Positions 56,504 through 64,000 of a stretch of DNA of 64,000 nucleotides are shown in pieces. Both the position numbers and the translations under genes were made by a program. Numbering within the stretch: position 1 is the first letter of the stretch; every line of letters begins with the position of its first letter. The notes beneath the pieces are model-generated. The model was not told where the DNA came from, did no database searches, and saw nothing but the letters and a program-made list of their open reading frames with translations. The DNA comes from Candidatus Sungiibacteriota bacterium (GTDB lineage Bacteria; Patescibacteriota; Minisyncoccia; Sungbacterales; SURF-37). The DNA is taken from contig JACPMF010000006.1 of assembly GCA_016186145.1 (NCBI GenBank), positions 1,906-65,905 of the forward strand, read 5' to 3'.

Positions 56504-57895
56504 GTGTCCGCAAACTCAAAAATACAACAAGTGCACTTCGTTGGTATCGGCGGTATCGGCGTTTCGGCCCTTGCCCGTTGGTATCACGCACAAAAGTGGA
56601 TGGTAAGCGGATCGGATATTGAACCATCGGAAATTACCGATGCCCTAAAAAGCGAAGGTATTCTCATAACGACAGGTCCACACAAGGCGCAAAACGTGCC
56701 TCCAAATACTGAACTGCTTATCTATACCGCCGCGGCAAAGAAAAACCCGGAGATGGAAGCGGCAAAAAGCCGAAATGTGAAAATACAGAGTTATGCGGAA
56801 GCGCTCGGCGGCATCACGAAAAAATACCTGACGATTGCTATTGCCGGTTCACATGGCAAAAGCACCACTACGGCGCTTATTTCTTTGATTCTCACAAAAG
56901 CAGGATTCGATCCCACCGTCATTATCGGCACAAAGCTCCGTGAATTTGCCAATCCGTACGCATGGCGGGATCTTTGGCTCTCACCCGAGAATAGAAGTCT
57001 CGGCTCGAATTTTAGGGTGGGGTCATCGCCGATTCTCGTCATTGAAGCGGACGAATGGAACGGTTCTTTTTGGAACCATACGCCGGCGCTCACTGTCCTT
57101 ACCAACGTGGACAAAGAACACCTTGACTCCTATAAAACAGAAGCGGGAGTACGCGCGGCATTTAGAAAATTCCTCCTTCGGACGCGGCCCGGCGGGCGAA
57201 TTGTTGTGAATATCGATGACAAACCGGCACGCGACCTGGTAGATAGCTTGAAGAAAAAATATCCGGGCCGATTTAAGCAGAACGTCCATTCGTATTCGGT
57301 ATCCGAAAATACGGCCCCTGAAATCCGCGCCGCTATCCGCCTTCCCGGAAAACATGGCGCTTCAAACGCCCTTGCCGCGTATACTGTTGCAAAAATTTTG
57401 AATGTCCCTGATGAAGTAACTAAACAGACTCTTTCTGAATTTGAAGGAGCGTGGCGGCGATTCGAATACATTGGGACGCTGAGCGGATCGCCGGTCATTG
57501 CCGATTACGCGCATCACCCAACCGAAGTCAAAAAAACCCTGGAGGCGGCGCGAACCCGATTTGGCAAAAAGAAGCTTATTACCGTCTTCCAGCCCCACCA
57601 GATCGAACGAACTCGTGCGCTATTTCAAGATTTTCAGAAAGCTTTTGGTGATGCCGATATCGTATGCTTTATTGATATTTACGAAGTTGCCGGCAGGGAA
57701 CGAGGAATCCGGAATTCAAAAACAAGCGCGTTCAAGCTTGCCCAGTCACTGGCAAAAAACGGAGCAGACGCGCGCTATATTCCGTACCCGAGCAAACTCA
57801 AAGAATTTCTCACGACGGAAGCGGGCTCAAATTCCGTTATCCTCATGCTCGGCGCCGGTTCGATTTGGAATATAAGCAAAGAAATTGTACAATAA
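56504..57895 (+). CDS. murC: UDP-N-acetylmuramate--L-alanine ligase
   Basis: HFVGIGGIGVS, GSHGKSTTT, EADE, DYAHHPTE, FQPH. Confidence 0.95.
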   Translation: MSANSKIQQVHFVGIGGIGVSALARWYHAQKWMVSGSDIEPSEITDALKSEGILITTGPHKAQNVPPNTELLIYTAAAKKNPEMEAAKSRNVKIQSYAEALGGITKKYLTIAIAGSHGKSTTTALISLILTKAGFDPTVIIGTKLREFANPYAWRDLWLSPENRSLGSNFRVGSSPILVIEADEWNGSFWNHTPALTVLTNVDKEHLDSYKTEAGVRAAFRKFLLRTRPGGRIVVNIDDKPARDLVDSLKKKYPGRFKQNVHSYSVSENTAPEIRAAIRLPGKHGASNALAAYTVAKILNVPDEVTKQTLSEFEGAWRRFEYIGTLSGSPVIADYAHHPTEVKKTLEAARTRFGKKKLITVFQPHQIERTRALFQDFQKAFGDADIVCFIDIYEVAGRERGIRNSKTSAFKLAQSLAKNGADARYIPYPSKLKEFLTTEAGSNSVILMLGAGSIWNISKEIVQ

Positions 57896-57920
57896 ATAGC
57901 TGTGTAAACTCCGGCAATTC

Positions 57921-59138
57921 ATGAACTTATCGCCATCAACAAAACAAATAACGCTTGCGGTTGCGCTCTCTGCCATAATTTTGTCGGCGGTTTTTGCAGC
58001 CGGAGTATTCATAGGGTTTGAGCGAAAGGCCGCAATTGAACAGGTGAGTGGGGTTAGCGCGCCGGAAACCGGAAAACCGTCCGAGGTTGATTTTTCCCTG
58101 TTTTGGAAAGTTTGGGCGCGCCTTCAAGAAAAATATGTTGATCGCTCGCACATCGATTCGCAAAAGCAGGTTTGGGGGGCAATTTCCGGAATGGTGCGCG
58201 CTTTGGGTGATCCGTATACGAACTTTCTCCCGCCGGAAGATACAAAACAATTTCAGGAGGATTTAAACGGGGAATTCGGGGGGATAGGAGCAGAGCTTGG
58301 AATACGAAAAGAAGTACTTACCGTGATCACGCCGCTGAAAAATTCTCCGGCCCAGCGCGCAGGCTTAACGGCTGGCGACAAAATAATCAAAATCGACGAA
58401 GAAGTCACTACCGGGCTTTCACTCGAAGGCGCGGTGCGCCTGATTCGGGGCGAAAAAGGAACTCCGGTTAAACTCTCTGTCCTGCGAAACGGGGAGGAAG
58501 CGCATGAATTTACAATCATCCGCGAAACAATAGTAATTCCGACGATTGAAACCAAAGAGCTTGGCAACGGCGTCTTCTACATACGGCTATTCAGCTTTAA
58601 CGGGCCATCGCCTCAAATCTTCCGTGAAGCCGTTGGCGAATTCCTCGGGTCAAAAAATACAAAACTGGTACTTGATCTTCGCGGAAATGCGGGAGGGTTC
58701 CTCAACGCGGCGGTCGACATCGCCTCGTGGTTCCTGCGAGCAGGGGAGGTGGTTGCACGGGAAAAATACGGAGACGGTTCAGAAGATAATTATCGTTCAA
58801 TCGGCAGGCGGCTTCTCGAGGACATTCCTACGGTAGTCCTAATTGACCAAGGATCAGCTTCAGCCTCTGAAATTCTTGCCGGCGCCCTTCGAGATGTTCG
58901 CGGAATCAAACTCGTCGGGCAAAAATCGTTTGGAAAAGGATCGGTCCAAGAGCTGGTTGAACTTGATGACGGCGCGTCACTGAAGGTAACTATTGCAAAA
59001 TGGCTTACCCCGTCAGGTAAAACCATCGACGGGGAGGGGTTGGAACCGGATGTAGTTGTTGAAATAAAAAAAGAAGATACCGAGGAAGGAAAAGATCCGC
59101 AGTTAGATAAGGCGGTTGAGATATTAAAAGAATTATAA
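57921..59138 (+). CDS. ctpA: S41 carboxyl-terminal processing protease
   Basis: DPYT, GIGAE PDZ, DLRGNAGG, SASASEI, FGKGSVQ. Confidence 0.93.
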   Translation: MNLSPSTKQITLAVALSAIILSAVFAAGVFIGFERKAAIEQVSGVSAPETGKPSEVDFSLFWKVWARLQEKYVDRSHIDSQKQVWGAISGMVRALGDPYTNFLPPEDTKQFQEDLNGEFGGIGAELGIRKEVLTVITPLKNSPAQRAGLTAGDKIIKIDEEVTTGLSLEGAVRLIRGEKGTPVKLSVLRNGEEAHEFTIIRETIVIPTIETKELGNGVFYIRLFSFNGPSPQIFREAVGEFLGSKNTKLVLDLRGNAGGFLNAAVDIASWFLRAGEVVAREKYGDGSEDNYRSIGRRLLEDIPTVVLIDQGSASASEILAGALRDVRGIKLVGQKSFGKGSVQELVELDDGASLKVTIAKWLTPSGKTIDGEGLEPDVVVEIKKEDTEEGKDPQLDKAVEILKEL

Positions 59139-59225
59139 ATTTGGGGGCCCCACACAAAAAATTTCCTGCCCCGATTCAATCAAAAAGGCGCGCCACAGCA
59201 CGCCGTAAATAATGGTCGTATATTT

Positions 59226-59582
59226 TTATCTCTCGGTGTAATAAATTTGGAGAGCTGGGCCAGAACCATGGCCGCTAGCGTGCTGTTCCACAGGAACGAT
59301 ACAAAGAATTTTCTTATCTGCAAATTTACGTGCGATATATTCTTTTACCGAGATACCGACAAAACGCCGTGCTTGACTATCAAAAAAGTACACATAAATC
59401 CTGGAGAAATTTTGATGGTCTACTTCTAACTTAACCTCGTCTAGATACACAACATCAGCCGTGATTAAACCAGAACAATTTGTATCCGAGGCGTTTGCGC
59501 CATGATCGCCAGCATAAACGGGAGCAATCAGAATCGCAGTTAGTATGACTGTGATGCCGAAAACGACCCGGTAAATGAACAT
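59226..59582 (-). CDS. Hypothetical secreted protein
   Basis: GGAGGAG SD, TTGACA-16-TACCAT promoter, signal peptide. Confidence 0.7.
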   Translation of the reverse strand: MFIYRVVFGITVILTAILIAPVYAGDHGANASDTNCSGLITADVVYLDEVKLEVDHQNFSRIYVYFFDSQARRFVGISVKEYIARKFADKKILCIVPVEQHASGHGSGPALQIYYTER

Positions 59583-59710
59583 ATTTCTCCTCCAGGGTTT
59601 AAAATTTCAAAATACCAACATAGTGTTCAAATGGTAACACGGGGTATAAAAATGTCAAAGGAGTTGGAAATAAAAATAGCCGGTTGGATACAGGGGGCGT
59701 TTTTTAGAAT

Positions 59711-60154
59711 ATGAAAGTTATATTTTTACAAGATATAGCAAAACTTGGTAAAAAACATGAAGTTAAGGATGTAAGCGACGGATACGCGCGGAATTTTTTG
59801 TTGCCGAGAGGTCTCGCAAAACCCGCCGGTGATACGGCATTAAAAGCCGTTGCCAAAGAAAAAGCTGTGGCCGGTCAAAGGGCGGCTGAAGAAAAAAAGC
59901 ACTATGAGAACATTTCAAAAATGCTTGCTGATAAAGCTATTGTTATAAAAACCAAAGTAGGGGAGCGGGGAAAGGCGTTTGGCGCCGTGACCGCCGCACG
60001 CATCAATGACGCCCTAAGGCAAGAAAATATTTCAATTGAAAAAGAGTGGATCCTCCTCGATCATCCGATTAAAAAAACCGGAGAAGTAATAATTCCGGTG
60101 AGGTTTCCGCACGGGATTACCGGCGAAATCAGAATCAATATTATAGGAGAATAA
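59711..60154 (+). CDS. rplI: 50S ribosomal protein L9
   Basis: MKVIFLQD..LGK, GYARNFLLP. Confidence 0.97.
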   Translation: MKVIFLQDIAKLGKKHEVKDVSDGYARNFLLPRGLAKPAGDTALKAVAKEKAVAGQRAAEEKKHYENISKMLADKAIVIKTKVGERGKAFGAVTAARINDALRQENISIEKEWILLDHPIKKTGEVIIPVRFPHGITGEIRINIIGE

Positions 60155-60164
60155 AAAACGATAA

Positions 60165-60443
60165 CTAAACCGCGAGAACATTGATAACACTAACTCGTCT
60201 CATTCTTCCGTTGAATTTTGTTTTCCGCCTTTCTGTAAACTTCACAACGCCGGAGTGCATTGCATACAGCGTATCGTCTCCGCCTCTTTTCACATTCTTT
60301 CCAGGGTAAAACTTCGTCCCTCGCTGGCGAATTAAAATAGAACCGGCATTCACGCGTTCTCCATCGAATTTTTTAACCCCCAGGTATTTGGGCCCGGAAT
60401 CCCGGGCATTTTTTGCAGCTCCGGAAGATTTTGTATGTGCCAT
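60165..60443 (-). CDS. rpmA: 50S ribosomal protein L27
   Basis: MAHTK, RDS..KYLGVK, RQRGTK. Confidence 0.97.
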   Translation of the reverse strand: MAHTKSSGAAKNARDSGPKYLGVKKFDGERVNAGSILIRQRGTKFYPGKNVKRGGDDTLYAMHSGVVKFTERRKTKFNGRMRRVSVINVLAV

Positions 60444-60485
60444 TTTTGCCAGCGAGTCCGTTAGGACGAGATGTTGCAAAAATGA

Positions 60486-60593
60486 GCATCCCGTACTAAA
60501 ATTTATCGGACTAAGTTAGATGCGAATTGTTAATTTTAAGTAAGCTCCCGGCCAAACTTATACAGGCTGGATGTAAATTTTAGTGCGGGATGC
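60486..60593. mobile_element. MITE-like element related to 36895-36996
   Basis: GCATCCCGTACTAAAATTTA ... TAAATTTTAGTGCGGGATGC. Confidence 0.65.
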
Positions 60594-60692
60594 CATCTGC
60601 CCTAGATGGAGCTGGGTCAGACTTGGCGAAGCGCGCCATGCCTTATTTACAAAAGCCATAAAAGGGCGGGGTGCCAATACTTAATATTTTTT

Positions 60693-61094
60693 ATGCTATC
60701 AAACCACCTCAAAAAACTCAATACCCTTCTTTCCGCGCACAAAACCGATCTTTCGGTAGCGTTTTTAATTTTTCTGGCAAGCATGGCCAGTTTCGGCCTT
60801 GGCCGCCTTTCATCCGTATGGCCGAAAAAAGAGCCGATCACCGTTACGGAAAATGATAAATTACAAATGCTGAATGCTGAATCAAAAAACAGGCGAAATG
60901 TTGCGGCTTCATCATTCATCATTCAGAATTCAGCATTAAGCAAATATGTTGCATCAAAATCAGGCAGCGCGTATCATTTTCCATGGTGCGCCGGAGCGCA
61001 AAAAATAAAAGATAAAAATAAAATCTTGTTTAATTCAAAAGAAGAAGCGGAAAAAGCCGGATACAAACCGGCAGGGAACTGCCCGGGGTTATAG
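60693..61094 (+). CDS. Membrane-anchored Ada metal-binding-like domain protein
   Basis: TM + FGLGRLS; VASKSG..YHFPWC, EAEKAGYKP..NC. Confidence 0.8.
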   Translation: MLSNHLKKLNTLLSAHKTDLSVAFLIFLASMASFGLGRLSSVWPKKEPITVTENDKLQMLNAESKNRRNVAASSFIIQNSALSKYVASKSGSAYHFPWCAGAQKIKDKNKILFNSKEEAEKAGYKPAGNCPGL

Positions 61095-61100
61095 TCTTTA

Positions 61101-62267
61101 TTAACCGGGGCTTACTTTTTTCTGGCTCGCAGTTAAAACCGTAAATTCTTTGATAAGAACCCTCGCGGCTTCAATTTCTTGGCGAATATGCGGAGGTAGT
61201 TGTTTCTCCACTAATTTTAATTTCTTATCATCGGCTTCCAGTATATCCTCCCATTTACCGAGCGGTTCAAGAATAGCGCGCACTTTTTCAAAATCATACG
61301 CGAACCTCTTTTGCAGCGATTTTGAGATAAAACCGCCCTCGCCGAACACTCGATCATAACCGCCGCGTTCCATGTATTCCCGTATTTTTTGCTTCAGTTC
61401 AGCCATTCGCGCTTCTGTAGCGGCATTATTTTTAACTAAATCAAAATACTCCTTAAGCGCCGCGTCAATTTCCTCTTGATTCTTGATTCCTGGATCCTGA
61501 CTCCGGTATAAATGCTTCCACGCCGGACATATGGGCTTAAACGCGCACCAGTCGCAAAGAGGGGAGGGATTTGGTTCAAAACGCTCTGCGGCCCCAAGTT
61601 TCTTCGCGATTTCCCGGATGGCATCAAGGACGCCCTGCCGGGTCAACTCGATTTCTTCCTGCGTTCGCGCGGTTGAGAGTTTTTCGCCGTGCTTCAAAAA
61701 GTAAAGAGAAAGTTTAATGTGGCTCGGCTCCAATTGAGGCCATTTTTTTTGAAGGCCGAGGTGATACAAAGAAAGCTGAAAATCTGCATCGACTTTTTCC
61801 TGCGACGGCAGTTTCTTTGCGGTTTTATAATCAATGATTTCAAACGTACCGTCTTCTAACTTGTCGATCCGGTCGATTTTCCCGGCCAGGGTATGCGTTT
61901 CGCTGGAAATTGGATCCTCAATCAGCACCTCGAATTTCGATTCCAAATCCACTACTGAAAAATTCCAAGGGGCATTTTTTGCATAGAAATTTTTGAGCAT
62001 GCCAAGGGCGCTTTCGCGATATGCTTCTCGTTCCGCATCCTGCCAATTCATGCTTTTTGCATCAAAATTTTCACGAAAATACGCCGCAACCTGACCAAGG
62101 GTAGGGTAGAGCGGATCACGGCTGAACATAAATTTAAGCGCGTCGTGAACCAAAGTGCCAAAAATCGCCTCCTTGCTCTTTGGAGCCCGAATCCTATCGA
62201 TTTCTTGAAATTTGTACTTCTGCGGGCACTGTCGGTAGGTGTCCAACGCAGAATACGAGGTACGCAT
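61101..62267 (-). CDS. PD-(D/E)XK RecB/AddB-like nuclease with four Cys
   Basis: SYSAL..CP, GTLVH, GKIDRID, IIDYKT, CDWC...C. Confidence 0.9.
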   Translation of the reverse strand: MRTSYSALDTYRQCPQKYKFQEIDRIRAPKSKEAIFGTLVHDALKFMFSRDPLYPTLGQVAAYFRENFDAKSMNWQDAEREAYRESALGMLKNFYAKNAPWNFSVVDLESKFEVLIEDPISSETHTLAGKIDRIDKLEDGTFEIIDYKTAKKLPSQEKVDADFQLSLYHLGLQKKWPQLEPSHIKLSLYFLKHGEKLSTARTQEEIELTRQGVLDAIREIAKKLGAAERFEPNPSPLCDWCAFKPICPAWKHLYRSQDPGIKNQEEIDAALKEYFDLVKNNAATEARMAELKQKIREYMERGGYDRVFGEGGFISKSLQKRFAYDFEKVRAILEPLGKWEDILEADDKKLKLVEKQLPPHIRQEIEAARVLIKEFTVLTASQKKVSPG

Positions 62268-62278
62268 AAATCAATAGA

Positions 62279-62470
62279 TCAATAAAAATACGTCGTAAAC
62301 ACGATATAGCCGTCGACAAAAAGACCGGCTATGCCAACGGCAAAAAGAAAAAAGAGAGACCACCGCGGAAGTGGTCTTCTGAATCTTAAACCCCAAACGG
62401 CAAGAACGATAATAAAGCCAAAAACCAAAATACCAAAGATGTCAAAAAATTGCGGTTGCGGTATGGACAT
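62279..62470 (-). CDS. Small membrane protein
   Basis: Two TM helices; abuts the nuclease gene. Confidence 0.6.
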   Translation of the reverse strand: MSIPQPQFFDIFGILVFGFIIVLAVWGLRFRRPLPRWSLFFLFAVGIAGLFVDGYIVFTTYFY

Positions 62471-62556
62471 AAGGGAATATGAGCAGGTGAGTGTTGTTTT
62501 TTTGGTCTTTTTGTAAAAAGGCAACGTCGCACAATCATACTTTTGCGACGTTTATT

Positions 62557-62940
62557 TTATATCCCATCGATTAATTGGCGGATTATGCGGGCGATGCCCT
62601 CAAGGACTATTACGAAAATTTTCCCGATAAACTGAAAAAACTTCAAGAGATCCACACCTGTTTCTTTGGTTATTTGAACATTAAGCTCGGAAACTTTTTC
62701 CGGGTCAACTTCAACTTCTCTTACTCCCGTACCCGGCAATGGCACTTTAACATACTGCTGGAGCGTATTAAACAGCTTTTCCGGCTGAAGAATTTGCAAA
62801 ATAGCATCCCGCGCTGTTGGCTTGTTTCCTGCGGAGGGCGCTTCCAAAACGATTAATTCTTGACCCTGAGCATATAAAAATCCGCATGGAACCGCGACAA
62901 CTGCCGCTGAAATGGACAAAACAATAAATATGTTTTTCAT
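62557..62940 (-). CDS. Hypothetical exported/membrane protein
   Basis: Signal peptide, amphipathic C-terminus. Confidence 0.6.
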   Translation of the reverse strand: MKNIFIVLSISAAVVAVPCGFLYAQGQELIVLEAPSAGNKPTARDAILQILQPEKLFNTLQQYVKVPLPGTGVREVEVDPEKVSELNVQITKETGVDLLKFFQFIGKIFVIVLEGIARIIRQLIDGI

Positions 62941-62980
62941 ATAATGGCTCGCAAAGTGCCACCCTTATTATACCTCCGCC

Positions 62981-64000
62981 TTAAAGATAATCCAAAGGGT
63001 TAAGATAAGCGCTGGTAGGCGCAATCGGCAGCGTCATTTGGCGGCCGCACACACGGGACCGAATCGAAGTAACTTCTACCGCGTTAGCGACAAAAGCTCC
63101 GAAATGGAGATGAGGGCCGGTTGCATAGCCGGTTTTCCCTGAAAACCCGATTCTGTCCCCACGCGCCACTTCTTGTCCCGTTGATGCATGGATTGCCGAA
63201 AGGTGCGTGTAAAGAGTTGCAAGGTTATTGGGATGACGGATTAAAATCCATTTTCCATATGAGGCGCCGCGGCACCCGATATCCGTATCCCCAACCGCAG
63301 TTATCACGCCGCCGTCTGCCGCAAACACCGGCGTTCCAATATCCGCCCGCAGGTCAACGCCATTATGCCCTTTACCGTTATAGCCGCCGCGCCGGGCAAA
63401 ATCCGTATTGCCAAAATACTGCGTGATGCAATTTTTTGCTCCTTGGCCGCCATTCCAACACGACTTCAATGAAATGTCGGAAAGGGGCCAACCCAAAATG
63501 CCGGAGCCGCGCAAAGGAATCGAAGACGGATCCAGCGTAAAGCCGATTTTTTGCTCAATTTCCTGAATTTCGTTTTCGAGCGCGGCCCTCTTTTTTTCTT
63601 GCTCCTGAAGAAGAGCTTGATACTTTTTCTCTTGATTTTGAGTTTCCTGAAGAAGTTGCGCTTGTTCTTTGCGTTCCACGGCATGAAGACTTCTTTCATC
63701 AGCCAAAGTCCTCAAAAGCCCCGCAAGTTCCTGATTCTTTGCTTTTGCCGCCTCATTGGATTCTTCTAAACCTTGTTTTAACACGCGCAGTTCAACGAGT
63801 TTTTTCTGGAGTTCGCCTTCAAAACTGATAATTGAATAAAATGAATTAAAAAAACCGGCAAGCGATTTATATTTTGCAACCAGCTGCAGCAGCCCTTCTT
63901 CATCTTGCCGGGAAAGAGAAACCATCAACGCCGCAAGCGAAACCCGCGAATTGCCTATTGCTCCGGCTTTCCCCCTTATTTCACCATCAAGCTCCCGTAT
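62981..64000 (-). CDS. Coiled-coil M23 peptidase (5' partial)
   Basis: HNGVD, YTHL, TGPHLHF; frame open to the window end. Confidence 0.92.
   Translation of the reverse strand: MRELDGEIRGKAGAIGNSRVSLAALMVSLSRQDEEGLLQLVAKYKSLAGFFNSFYSIISFEGELQKKLVELRVLKQGLEESNEAAKAKNQELAGLLRTLADERSLHAVERKEQAQLLQETQNQEKKYQALLQEQEKKRAALENEIQEIEQKIGFTLDPSSIPLRGSGILGWPLSDISLKSCWNGGQGAKNCITQYFGNTDFARRGGYNGKGHNGVDLRADIGTPVFAADGGVITAVGDTDIGCRGASYGKWILIRHPNNLATLYTHLSAIHASTGQEVARGDRIGFSGKTGYATGPHLHFGAFVANAVEVTSIRSRVCGRQMTLPIAPTSAYLNPLDYL

Noticed and set aside
61101-62267. Cas4 of a CRISPR system
   Set aside because: Stand-alone RecB-like nuclease with no array or cas1/cas2.

Overview
Bacterial chromosomal window with the gene content of a Patescibacteria/CPR (Parcubacteria-like) genome, standard genetic code. 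Most of it is core: dnaX, rplU, a truncated recR, dnaB, infA-rpmJ-rpsM-rpsK-rpsD-rpoA-rplQ-rplM-rpsI, murA, mreB, rpmF-nusB-rnc-smc, htpX, dnaG-rpoD-murC-ctpA, rplI, rpmA, tRNA-Gln and tRNA-Ser. An integrase-free accessory island (about 3.7-20.8 kb) follows tRNA-Gln. It carries a defence cluster (HTH-HsdM-half-HsdS fusion, HsdR, KAP NTPase, putative nuclease, HEPN, GIY-YIG) and secreted proteins, and is punctuated by three copies of an unexplained conserved structured motif. The most striking unexplained structure is non-coding. (1) Five copies of a ~100 bp CGAAT/ATTCG hairpin always end exactly at the start codon of a core gene. (2) Many other short-period palindromes sit at gene junctions and in frame inside essential proteins. 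(3) Decayed, palindrome-interrupted 5' copies precede intact rplU and tRNA-Ser. (4) Orphan genes carry their own promoter, a boxA-like motif, an SD and a terminator. (5) A candidate ncRNA lies upstream of dnaX. All calls were made by eye; no searches or folding programs were run.
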